Below are positions 55,321-64,000 of a stretch of DNA of 64,000 nucleotides, in pieces; position 1 is the first letter of the stretch, and the number at the start of each line of letters is the position of its first letter. Position numbers and translations under genes: made by a program. The stretch comes from Candidatus Bathyarchaeia archaeon (GTDB lineage: Archaea > Thermoproteota > CALKCG01 > B24 > JAWCPE01). The notes beneath the pieces are model-generated. The model was not told the origin of the DNA, ran no database searches, and was given only the letters and a program-made list of their open reading frames with translations. The DNA lies in the NCBI GenBank assembly GCA_038870415.1, contig JAWCPE010000001.1, positions 6,806 through 70,805 of the forward strand, in the 5' to 3' direction.

Positions 55321-56154
55321 TTTTGACAAACCTACCACACCGCGTTAATCGTCAGGAGAATTGGACGCACCACGTGGAAACAACAAGCCGGATGCCCAAG
55401 AGCAACTATCGACAGGACCCGCCCTAAAAGGGCACAGATCGAGACGAAGAGGCGAAGAGACGAGGCCAAACAGGAGTTTAACCATCGCAGGAACCCCGTT
55501 CCCGCTACGTCTACGAGAGCGAGGGGTGAAGCTGTTTCGGAAGCGAAGATGACTTAGCTTGTAACTGGAAGCCCATGGGTACATGGCAGACAGCGCCCCC
55601 CGTCTTAGGCCTAACGCTTCCGAATGGCGATGGACATAAGGCAAGCTACATGGGGATGGGGCTACAAGGCGGCGGAATCTACATCAAGTGTCGCCCATTT
55701 AGGCAAGGGGGTCGGCGTGAAGGAGATGCCCGAGGAAGACTATAAGCTTGTCAGGAGCCTAACTGAGGCCTGCTGCCGCTTCTCCAACATAGGTCTTGAC
55801 GAGGCTTGGAAGGCGAGTTCCAGAAGCTCATGCCCGTCTCTACGAGGCCTTATGGAACGCTTTACGCGTACTGAGCCAGCGCTCGGTCGACGGTCTGTTC
55901 TATCACATCCGATCAGCGATTGAGGGATGTGCTTTACGGCGTTGCTGTTTCTCGCAGCTTCAGAGGAGGCCACCAGCTGCCCACTTTTCGGAAGACTAGG
56001 GATGCCCCTGGGCGAGAATAGCCTCTACAAGCTCTTCACGCTCGATCGAGTTCAGCGGACAGGGGTGCTGAGCGATACTGATAAAAATAAGGCAGGATAC
56101 CCCTGCCGTCGATGGGCGTCTCTAGGTGGCGAACAGTAAGGGGAGGGTGAAGCT

Positions 56155-57330
56155 TTGTCGCCTAAGGAGAGGATCTGGGCTGCGTTGAGGTTGGAGGAGC
56201 CTGATAGGGTGCCGGTCTACCCGCATGGGTTTGACCTTGGCTTCGGCATGGAGCCTCTAGGCCGAGCAGCCTACGGGCTGGACCCCTACAGGGGTTCGCC
56301 GTCGGATGAATCGTACCTGAAGGTGGTGGAGTATGCGCGGAAAGTAGGGGACCCGATGCAGGGATGGGCGCCGCGGGTTCAGCCCAACGTCTTCCTCTCC
56401 GCGTCCAAGGAGGCACGTAGGTGGACATCCAGCTACGAGGAGGACGGCTACAGGGTGGATGAGACGCGGATAGAGACCCCGAAGGGGCTGCTCACCGCGG
56501 TGTCGAGGACGCCGCCGGGCGGCCCTACGAGGCACGTGAAAGGCCTCATAGAGACCGAGGAGGACATCGACCGATTCCTCTCCGTGCCCTATGTGCCGCC
56601 GAAGGTGGACGCCAGCTCGTTCCACGAGTTCGAGTCGAAGGTCGCTGGCCGCGCAGCCCTCAGGTGCGGCGCACCTACGCCCATCATCAACGTTACCGGC
56701 CCGCAGCTCTCGTCCAGCGACAAGTTCGCGTTCTTAGCGTACCGCCACAAGGAGAGGGTTTTGGAGATGCTGGACGCCATGTACGAGCGATGCATCGACT
56801 ACTTGGAGAGTCTCCTCTCGCAGGGCGTCCAGGCGGTCTTCTGGACGGATGGGGCGGAGCTCGCGGCGCCGCCGATCCTGCCGCCCCGCCTCTTCCAAGA
56901 GTTCGTCGTGAGGTACGACCGCGGGGTCTCGAAGGTCATCCACGAATACGGCTCTGTGGTGATAATGCACTGTCACGGGAACGTGAACCGGATCCTGGAG
57001 GATGTGGTGGAGACGGGGGTAGATGGGCTTCACCCGGTGGAGCCTCCGCCTATGGGTGATACGCCGCTCGCAGAAGCGAAGAAGCGTGTAGGCGACCGCC
57101 TCTGCCTCGTAGGGAACATCGAGATGCACGACATACTCACCTGCACGCCGGAGCAGATAGACGGCAAGGTGAGGGAGACCATCCGGGAAGCCGCGCCCGG
57201 TGGGGGGCTCATCCTCTCCGTAAGCACGGGCTTCTACCAGTTCTACCGAACGGAGCAGGGAGCAAGGAACTACCTGCAATTCCTCAAGACCGGATGCGAA
57301 GCCGCGTCCTACACTCGACCGGCAATGTGA
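56155..57330 (+). CDS. Uroporphyrinogen-decarboxylase-family methyltransferase (MtaA/CmuA-like corrinoid:acceptor methyltransferase)
   Basis: 391 aa with a TTG start preceded by the SD AAGGGGAGGGTGA. The N-terminal RIWAALRLEEPDRVPVYPHGF, the HCHGNVNRILEDVVETGVDGLHPVEP metal-ligand region and a C-terminal CLVGNIE are hallmarks of the UroD/MtaA family. Confidence 0.8.
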   Translation: MSPKERIWAALRLEEPDRVPVYPHGFDLGFGMEPLGRAAYGLDPYRGSPSDESYLKVVEYARKVGDPMQGWAPRVQPNVFLSASKEARRWTSSYEEDGYRVDETRIETPKGLLTAVSRTPPGGPTRHVKGLIETEEDIDRFLSVPYVPPKVDASSFHEFESKVAGRAALRCGAPTPIINVTGPQLSSSDKFAFLAYRHKERVLEMLDAMYERCIDYLESLLSQGVQAVFWTDGAELAAPPILPPRLFQEFVVRYDRGVSKVIHEYGSVVIMHCHGNVNRILEDVVETGVDGLHPVEPPPMGDTPLAEAKKRVGDRLCLVGNIEMHDILTCTPEQIDGKVRETIREAAPGGGLILSVSTGFYQFYRTEQGARNYLQFLKTGCEAASYTRPAM

Positions 57331-57503
57331 AACGGTCATCCAAAGCGGTGCGGCAGCAAATGGCAGTGTCGAAAACTATTGGAAGCAGACGCGTAGGCCC
57401 TCTACCCGGCTTCCTTCACCCCTCTAGTTCCCGTTCGATATGAAAGCTCCACGCCCTTAGACACGTGGCTTGGCACCTCAAGGGATCGATTCCGAGCTGA
57501 GGG

Positions 57504-57631
57504 GATGGCGGACCCGTGGGGACTTTCCGCTCGCATGCTCGCTTTTGAACCCCAGACTTCCGGCTCCGCAGGCTTACGCCTAGAGTCTAACCGTCAGCGT
57601 CCTGTCCGAGCTAGACTACGGGTCCGCCTAG
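57504..57631 (-). ncRNA. Candidate structured ncRNA (possibly an atypical/multi-intron tRNA-like element)
   Basis: GGCGGACCCGT (57507-57517) is exactly complementary to ACGGGTCCGCC (57618-57628), about 100 nt apart. The minus strand has a T-loop-like TGGGGTTCAAAAGC...CCCCA. Direct repeat GCTCGCATGCTCGC inside. The region is a 600-bp convergent intergenic gap. No clean cloverleaf could be folded by eye. Confidence 0.2.
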
Positions 57632-57944
57632 ACAACACCCGACAGGGGATAAAAGGTTGTCCTTTACGGGCCCTGATTCATCTGCGGAGCCCTCTCAAGC
57701 TGACTCATCCAGAAGCCTGGAACCTGACCTGACTTGACCCGGCAGGCTGCCTCAAGGCGTTCCACCACAACGGGCGGTGAACGAAAGGTAATACCATCTC
57801 ACGGGAAAAAACGCCGTGACGTGACGGAAAGACCGGTCAGATAGGAGCAGAAAGGGAGTGCGTGGCGCCGCTAAACGAGACAACCAGCTCCCACATGAAT
57901 CAACGGTGAACTCTCGAGGAGGAGGCGGAGACCGGTTCACGCCG

Positions 57945-59555
57945 TCAATCCGTAGCTCGCCTCGGAGGCTGAAGGGCTCTCTCTAAGGCTTGGACGATGT
58001 TCGTTCTCCCCATGGCTATGATGTAGGGTCCCAGCCTCGGCCCCTGCGGCGCGCCGAGCAGTATCCTGTAGAGCGTCTGGAAGAAGCGGGGAGGCTCGAT
58101 TCCATTCCGCCGGGCAAGCTCGAAGATGGCTGTTTGAACCTCCTCCTCGGAGCGTTCAGCCCTGAGCAGGTCGATCAGCTCCTTGATGGCCGTCGCCTCG
58201 TTCTGGCTGAGGCTTACGGTGGTCTCGCGGATCTCTTCGAAGTCTCTCACCCAGTTAGCCGCGTACTCGATCCTGCTCTTGAGTTCAGCCGGGGGCTCCC
58301 CCTTCAGGTAGGAGTACCTCCTCAGCCTCGACGCGATGTAGCCTTCCCGGTCGGTGGGCGGAGCGACCTTCACCAGGTAGGTTAAGAGGTTGTACGGCAC
58401 GTGGAGCGAGGGCTTCACCGGAGGCTTCAGGTTGTGGCAGTACTCGTAGAGGCCTCGGAGCTTCCCCTCCTCACGCGGGTCCGTCACAGCCTTCCTCCCG
58501 AAGTAGATGTCCTCGAGGGCGTCGAACTCATCCATGTACCTCGGGATGTCCACGACCGACAGCCGCCGGGTCCCGCTGAAACGCTTCAACGTCAACAGCT
58601 TCAACGAGAGCGGAGAACCGTATCTGAACCAGACCTGCGGCGTGAAGACGTTCCCAGCAGATTTAGAGATCTTCCGCCCCGCCTTGTCGAGGAACATCTC
58701 GTACCTCGCGTGCAGAGGAGGCTCGTAGCCCAGTATCTCGCGGCAGACGCGGTCGTTAACCCTGACTGAGTCAGCGATATCCTTCCCGTACTCTTCAAAC
58801 CTGATATCTAGGGCGGCCCATCGGGCGGCGAACTCTACCTTCCAGCTCAGCTTCCCCTCGCCCCTCGTGTAGTCTGCTTCGCCCTTGTAGCCGCAACCCT
58901 TCAGCCACCGTCCTCTCAGCTCGATCCCGTCGCAGATGTAGAGGACGCGGCGTTCTTCCGGCATGAGCTGGTAGGCTCTTGTCGTCAGTCGGCCGCAGTT
59001 CTGGCAGATGGCGAAGTAGGGGAGCACCTCCGTGTACTTCTCCTGTCCGACCTCTTCGCTGATGACCTCGCCGACCCTCTCAGCGTTCCTGAGCAAGGTA
59101 TCGACCTGCCGGTTGAGTAGACCGCTCCGGTAGACCTCTCGCCCTGACATGTGCGTATACTCTACGTCGCAGGCGTCTAGGGCCTCCAGTAGGAGTGAAC
59201 TCATGTGTTCGCCGAAGCTCGCGTGGCATTTGAACGGGTCCGGGATAGAGGTGACCGGGTAACCGAGGTACTTCGAAAGCGAAGGGTCGAAGCCCTGAGG
59301 CACCTTCCTCAACGCGTCCAAGTCGTCTGAGAACGCGACCAGCTCGGAGTTGAAGCCCTGATCCCTAAGGGCGAGGCTCACGGCGTAGGACCGCGTCGCG
59401 TCTGCCAAGCTGCCGACATGGGGCAGCCCTGAGGCTCCGAGGCCGCTCTCCACTCGGAGTAGCCGAAGACTCCGGCCTAGCCGCCGTTCACGCTTCGCGA
59501 CTTCGGCAGCCATCTTATCGTACCAGGTGCCCCGTCCAACCACGTCTCCGGTCAT
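57945..59555 (-). CDS. lysK: Lysyl-tRNA synthetase, class I
   Basis: 536 aa. The HIGH-type region is GLPHVGSLADATRSYAVSLALRDQGF. The KMSKS-type motif is KISKSAGNVF. The C-terminal FFQTLYRILLGAPQGPRLGPYI matches archaeal class I LysRS. Confidence 0.93.
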   Translation of the reverse strand: MTGDVVGRGTWYDKMAAEVAKRERRLGRSLRLLRVESGLGASGLPHVGSLADATRSYAVSLALRDQGFNSELVAFSDDLDALRKVPQGFDPSLSKYLGYPVTSIPDPFKCHASFGEHMSSLLLEALDACDVEYTHMSGREVYRSGLLNRQVDTLLRNAERVGEVISEEVGQEKYTEVLPYFAICQNCGRLTTRAYQLMPEERRVLYICDGIELRGRWLKGCGYKGEADYTRGEGKLSWKVEFAARWAALDIRFEEYGKDIADSVRVNDRVCREILGYEPPLHARYEMFLDKAGRKISKSAGNVFTPQVWFRYGSPLSLKLLTLKRFSGTRRLSVVDIPRYMDEFDALEDIYFGRKAVTDPREEGKLRGLYEYCHNLKPPVKPSLHVPYNLLTYLVKVAPPTDREGYIASRLRRYSYLKGEPPAELKSRIEYAANWVRDFEEIRETTVSLSQNEATAIKELIDLLRAERSEEEVQTAIFELARRNGIEPPRFFQTLYRILLGAPQGPRLGPYIIAMGRTNIVQALERALQPPRRATD

Positions 59556-59977
59556 ATCGGGCCTCGTCCATCCAGCGACTGAGAGGCAGACCGTGCTCTA
59601 ATAAGGGTTCGCCGTCGTCCCGTTTTCACTAGAAAGGAGTGAAGTAGGCCGCTCTGAAGGCTGTCGCTGACGGAGTAGGGGGAGGAGCGTATGCCTCGAC
59701 CCATAGGGGCGAGCAGCCAGTTAAGGGTGAGTCTCGTTAGCAGGGTGGCTGAAACGCGGGGGAATAGGCCCTGGTAGGCTTTAGGCAGGGCCTCGCAGAG
59801 CTTCTACGTCTATCTCGATGAGTCTCATCTCCGTGAAGTCGAGCTGCGCCCTCAGGACGAGGTCTGCTAAAACACGTGAAGATGGGCGTTTCCAGCTGCT
59901 ACGATGACCAAGCTTCCTGCCCTCCTTCGGGCCTCCTGAACGACGCCCGCCGTACGAGGATACCAGTTGGGGGCTTG

Positions 59978-61126
59978 CTACATCTGCTCAAGTCTTTCTC
60001 TCAAGAGCTGCACGTAGTACCGGTAGTTCTCGAAGGGTACATCTGAGGGGACTGCATGGTCTACGCTGGGTATGTAGCCGCCCTCCCTCGCAAGAGGCAG
60101 TTTCGCCTCGATTTCCTGTTCGATGGCGTCCCTCCCCTTCGTAAGGGCGGTCTTGTCGATGTTCCCGACCAACCTGAGCTCCCTGCCGTAGGTCCTCCTC
60201 AAGGCTCGGGCGTCTATGCCTGCTTGGGCCTCGAGCGGATAGATGCAGTTCACCCCGGCCTCTAGAAAGAGCGGTGTTAAGGCATCATGGTTGCCATCCG
60301 TATCTACCATGATCGTCTCGACACCTTTCTCTCTCAGGTAACGTGTAACCTTCCTATACCGCGGGAGGAGAAACTCCTCGAAGAGAGAGGGCGAGATCAA
60401 CGGCCCGGTCCTGTAGGACATGTCCTCCCATATATTCACGTAGTCCAGCCTGACGGCTTCCACCACCCCTCGGCTTGTCTCGATGACGAAGTCGGCCCAG
60501 AAGTCGAGGATGTCCTCTAAGAGCCTCCGGTCCCTGTAGAACGCGACTAGGAGACGTTCGACGCCCATGAGGTTCCTAGGCTGGCCGAAGAAGCCTGGGA
60601 AGCCTATCCCCACCGGGTGGTCGACCACGCGGTAATACTCGACCGCTTCGTCGCCCCAGTTCTTAGGAAGCCTCCTCGGGTCGTTAGGGTTAAACCTCTG
60701 CTTTACCTTCTCCCAGTCTGCTTTCTCCTTGACGGGGAAGCCCACGAAGCCCGGTATCGAGACGCCCACCTTGAGCACCCTCTTCGTTATGCCAGACTCG
60801 TCCACCTCAAGCCTATACCGTGCGTCCTCGACCAGTGTCCGTTGGATAAACCGCGGAATAGGGGCGAAATCCACTGCTACGTCGCCTACGCAGGACTCGG
60901 CCCTGTAGGGTCCGCCTACCGGGTCGAAGCCGAAGTAGTCGTAGACCGTCTGAGGGTTCCCAAGCCCGATCGGAAGGCTGTAGGAGTGTACCCCAACGCT
61001 GGTAGGCAGCCCTTCGCGATGCCACCTGTAGATGGTCTCAGGCCAGAACCCTATGAACTCGCAGAAAGGCACCCTATCAACGGTTTCGAAACGCATCGTC
61101 CTACGGAATCTCTCTCGTGCGTTCAC
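59978..61126 (-). CDS. Uroporphyrinogen-decarboxylase-family methyltransferase (MtaA-like), second copy
   Basis: 382 aa. The N-terminal RERFRRTMRFETVDRVPFCEFIGFWPETIYRWHREGLP and the C-terminal LVGNIDKTAL match the UroD/MtaA fold. Confidence 0.8.
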   Translation of the reverse strand: MNARERFRRTMRFETVDRVPFCEFIGFWPETIYRWHREGLPTSVGVHSYSLPIGLGNPQTVYDYFGFDPVGGPYRAESCVGDVAVDFAPIPRFIQRTLVEDARYRLEVDESGITKRVLKVGVSIPGFVGFPVKEKADWEKVKQRFNPNDPRRLPKNWGDEAVEYYRVVDHPVGIGFPGFFGQPRNLMGVERLLVAFYRDRRLLEDILDFWADFVIETSRGVVEAVRLDYVNIWEDMSYRTGPLISPSLFEEFLLPRYRKVTRYLREKGVETIMVDTDGNHDALTPLFLEAGVNCIYPLEAQAGIDARALRRTYGRELRLVGNIDKTALTKGRDAIEQEIEAKLPLAREGGYIPSVDHAVPSDVPFENYRYYVQLLRERLEQM

Positions 61127-61388
61127 AGCACTCTCCCAGCTAGGCTGTCGGCTCCACGTAGTTATCTCAGTTTCGGCCCTCTATCCGAGGTTGTCGACCT
61201 AAGCCCCTAGCTCTCCCTGCGAGCGTGTTTTTCCCCGCGGGATGGTATTACCCTCCCCGCTTCTAGACGTGGCTCCGGGCGGCGTCTCCAGCTCTCACCG
61301 GGCGTTACGCGGCGATACTCGTGAAGGCCTAGGGCTAAGTATGTTGGAAACCTCCCTCCTTCATCCCCACGGCTGCGAGAGAAACGTG

Positions 61389-61901
61389 TTAACCGGGGGT
61401 CTCGTTGGTAACTGGGCATCTTGAGCGTAGCAGCTCTGCTACTACCTGTGCGAACATCCTTGAGGTCCAGCCGGGGGTCGTGGCAGGCGGCCTCCCGGCG
61501 ACGATGTTGCCGTTGACCTCGACGGGAGGCCCGTAGGCGAAGTTGCCCGCGAAGAGGCCTGCGTTCGCGAGACAATGCCTCCCGCGGCCGATAGCCGCGA
61601 CGACCCTGCCCTTTTCTTGGGCTTTCTTCAAGAGAGAGATGAGCTTAGGGTCGTGCTGCAGGTGTTGGAGCGCGCCAACTCCGCCCGCGACGATGAGCGC
61701 ATCGTAGTCCTCTGCACGGGCTTCGGCGAGGGGTATCTCCGCCTGAGCAGCCGTGCCGGAGGAGCCTCGGCAAGGGCCTCTGGACACGCTGCAGGTTACC
61801 ACCTCGATGCCTTCGCGTTCAAGCACCTCCTTAGGCTGGATGAACTCGTGGTCGGTGAACCCCGTCGGCGCGAGTATGAGCAGCGCTCTCCTACCTGGCA
61901 G
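61389..61901 (-). CDS. DJ-1/PfpI-family protein
   Basis: The conserved N-terminus RRALLILAPTGFTDHEFIQPKEVLEREGIEVV (cf. PfpI MKVLFLTANEFEDVEL...) extends upstream of the ORF-track GTG at 61826. Within that extension the only candidate initiator is CTG (61899-61901), with GAGG upstream, unless the AGG at 61890-61892 is a mutated ATG. The nucleophile-elbow region AAIGRGRHCLANAG is present. Confidence 0.65.
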   Translation of the reverse strand: MPGRRALLILAPTGFTDHEFIQPKEVLEREGIEVVTCSVSRGPCRGSSGTAAQAEIPLAEARAEDYDALIVAGGVGALQHLQHDPKLISLLKKAQEKGRVVAAIGRGRHCLANAGLFAGNFAYGPPVEVNGNIVAGRPPATTPGWTSRMFAQVVAELLRSRCPVTNETPG

Positions 61902-62241
61902 GCGGACCGCCTCAACAGGATGTCCTTACCTAAGCGTTAAAGCCTTCGGCTGTTTCCTGACCGCACGTTCGAGGCTGAGGCCTACGTTGAATCGGCACCG
62001 GCATGCCGGTGCCGATTCAACGGGCAGATGGGGTAACCATAGTCTTTTGGCAGGTTTATGTCAATTCTAGTGGCTGGATGCCAGCTAGACTCGCCGATGC
62101 TCGGAGACTCGCCCTTCCGATAGCCGGTTGGCGTTAGAGAAAAGGCGCCGGCGTGAAGTCAATTTTTATGGAGTTCTCTGTCACAAACCCTTATATGAGA
62201 TGTTCACGGTATTCATGTTTCCCCGCGTTTCTGCGGCTGGG

Positions 62242-64000
62242 ATGCCTATGTCCCTCGTAGAGGATTACCTCGCGAAGTCCACGTGGAGAATCAGGGAGAA
62301 CGCGAACTTCAACTACTCGTACAGCGGGCTTCTATCCTATATCGCGAACTCCTACCTGGCGGAGTTCGCCCTAAGAACGATGCCCCCGGAGGCGGCTGAA
62401 GCCCACAGGTCGGGGGACATCCATATCCATAACCTAGAGTCGGGGAGCCTCATCCCCTACTGTCACGGCGGCTCACTCTTCAACCTGATCAAGGTAGGGA
62501 TCAGGTCGCCGACCGTCTCTTCGAACCCGGCGAAGCATTTCTCCGCCATCGTAGACCATATCGCGAACTACTTCCTCATCAGCCAGAACGAGTTCAGCGG
62601 CGCTCAGGCCTTCGCGGACTTCGATACGCTCACGGCGCCCTTCGTCGCCTACGACCACTTAGACTTCAAGGAGACGAAGCAGTGCCTCCAGAAGCTCGTC
62701 TTCAACCTGAACTTCACGTCGAGGCAGAGCTTCCAGTCGCCGTTCACGAACCTCACCTTCAACCTGGGCTGCCCGAAGAGCCTAGCGGAGGAGAAGGCCG
62801 TCATCGGCGGCGTGGAGACCCAGGACACATACGCAGACTTCCAGGACGAGGTGGAGCTCATCAACATGGCTATGGCTGAGATATACATGGACCGCGACGC
62901 TGCAGGAAGGCCTTTCACGTTCCCAATCCCCACCGTGAACGTCACACGGAGCTTCCCCTGGGGCTCCGAAGCCGCCGACAGGATCTTTGAAGCCGAAGCG
63001 AAGGTGGGAAGCTACTACTTCATGAACTACGTCGGCTCAGGCATCGAAGAGAACACGGTAAGGTCGATGTGCTGCCGGCTCCTCATCGACACGACGCAGC
63101 TAGCGCCGCCCGGCGGCCTCTTCGTAGCCCGCGAAGGGACGGGAAGCCTCGGCGTCGTCACCATCAACATGGGCCGCGTAGGCTTCCTCGCGAGAGACGA
63201 GAGAGACTACTTCGAACGGCTCGACCGCCTCCTAGAGCTGGCGAAGATGCAGCTCATGTTCAAGGCGGAGATGATCGACCGGAGCTTCAAGAACGGGCTT
63301 CTACCCTTCGCGGAGATGTATGGGTTCTGCCCGGAGAGCTACTTCAGAACGATAGGCCTAGTCGGCCTGAACGAGAGCTGCGTCAACTTCCTAGGCCTGC
63401 CCCTCTCGAAATCCGTAGACTTCGTAGAGAAAGTGCTCCTCCACGTCCGGGAGGTGCTCCGCCGATTCCAAGCGGAGACGGGTAAACCCTTCAACCTGGA
63501 GGAGACACCTGCGGAGGGCTCATGCCACAGGCTGGCGCTCCTCGACCGGAAGCGGTTCGACGGCATCTTCACGCAGGGAACGGTAGACGCCCCCTACTAT
63601 ACGAGCGTCCTCGTCCCGACGGTCGAGGAGATCAGCCTCATCGAGAGGATGAACGTGGAGGAGCGGCTGCTCCCCCTCTTCACAGGCGGCACCGTCTTCA
63701 GAATACTCCTAGGCGAGGCCCCCGGGGCTAGCGCGGCGAAGAGGCTTGTACGACGCATCGTAGAGAACACACGGATACCTTACCTAGACCTCGGCGCGGT
63801 GCTCTCGGTCTGCCCTAAGGACCGAACGATGCTCTACGGCGTCAAGGAGACCTGCGACCTCTGCCACGGGCGGACGGAGATCTACGCCCGCGTAGTAGGA
63901 TACTATCGGCCCACGTACAAGTGGAACCCCGGGAAGCAGAGGGAATTCGCGGACAGACGCTACTACGGGATGGAAGCCCTCAACAATGCCGCCTCAGAGA
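62242..64000 (+). CDS. nrdD: Anaerobic ribonucleoside-triphosphate reductase (class III RNR, NrdD), 3'-partial at window end
   Basis: Frame 1 is open from ATG 62242 to the window end, so it is absent from the ORF track. Translation gives GDIHIHNLESGSLIPYCHGG, SMCCRLLID, DAPYYTSVLVPTVEE, the Zn site CPKD...CDLCHG and the glycyl-radical motif ARVVGYYRP. No ATP-cone. Confidence 0.9.
   Translation, partial: MPMSLVEDYLAKSTWRIRENANFNYSYSGLLSYIANSYLAEFALRTMPPEAAEAHRSGDIHIHNLESGSLIPYCHGGSLFNLIKVGIRSPTVSSNPAKHFSAIVDHIANYFLISQNEFSGAQAFADFDTLTAPFVAYDHLDFKETKQCLQKLVFNLNFTSRQSFQSPFTNLTFNLGCPKSLAEEKAVIGGVETQDTYADFQDEVELINMAMAEIYMDRDAAGRPFTFPIPTVNVTRSFPWGSEAADRIFEAEAKVGSYYFMNYVGSGIEENTVRSMCCRLLIDTTQLAPPGGLFVAREGTGSLGVVTINMGRVGFLARDERDYFERLDRLLELAKMQLMFKAEMIDRSFKNGLLPFAEMYGFCPESYFRTIGLVGLNESCVNFLGLPLSKSVDFVEKVLLHVREVLRRFQAETGKPFNLEETPAEGSCHRLALLDRKRFDGIFTQGTVDAPYYTSVLVPTVEEISLIERMNVEERLLPLFTGGTVFRILLGEAPGASAAKRLVRRIVENTRIPYLDLGAVLSVCPKDRTMLYGVKETCDLCHGRTEIYARVVGYYRPTYKWNPGKQREFADRRYYGMEALNNAASE

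Noticed and set aside
55321-56154. Integrated mobile element at the tRNA 3' end
   Set aside because: No integrase/recombinase ORF is present. No direct repeat of the tRNA 3' end was spotted. The ORFs here are short, basic and shadow-like.
61207-61575. 122-aa Arg-rich ORF on the minus strand
   Set aside because: It partly overlaps the 3' end of the PfpI-like gene. Arg/Pro-rich shadow composition with no motif.

Overview
High-GC (~60%) archaeal chromosomal segment, densely coding, with genes on both strands. Most of it is housekeeping. Translation genes: aIF2-beta, ArgRS, ThrRS, class I LysRS, Pelota, TBP, SRP RNA, Elf1 and at least one intron-containing tRNA. Pyrimidine genes: pyrB, pyrI and pyrH. 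Isoprenoid and ether-lipid genes: acetoacetyl-CoA thiolase plus a DUF35-fused HMG-CoA synthase, GGGP synthase and a UbiA-family prenyltransferase. Replication and repair genes: PolD large subunit DP2 and a NurA-HerA pair. There are several sugar and central-metabolism genes, including ribose-1,5-bisphosphate isomerase. A corrinoid protein and two UroD/MtaA-like methyltransferases are dispersed across the window. Elf1 together with class I LysRS and PolD points to a non-Thermoprotei TACK-type archaeon; this is an inference. The most unusual item is a 769-aa ArsR-type wHTH fused to a class III ribonucleotide reductase (NrdD)-like body in which the glycyl-radical glycine appears to be substituted. 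A canonical NrdD sits at the window end and supports the comparison. Other points of interest are a divergent pair of nucleotidyltransferase-domain proteins (one fused to a wHTH and a RIO/Kdo-like kinase) and three genes whose conserved N-termini begin at CTG or non-canonical codons. There are also several gene-poor intervals with candidate structured RNAs and a repeated promoter 14-mer. No CRISPR array, integrase or rRNA was seen.
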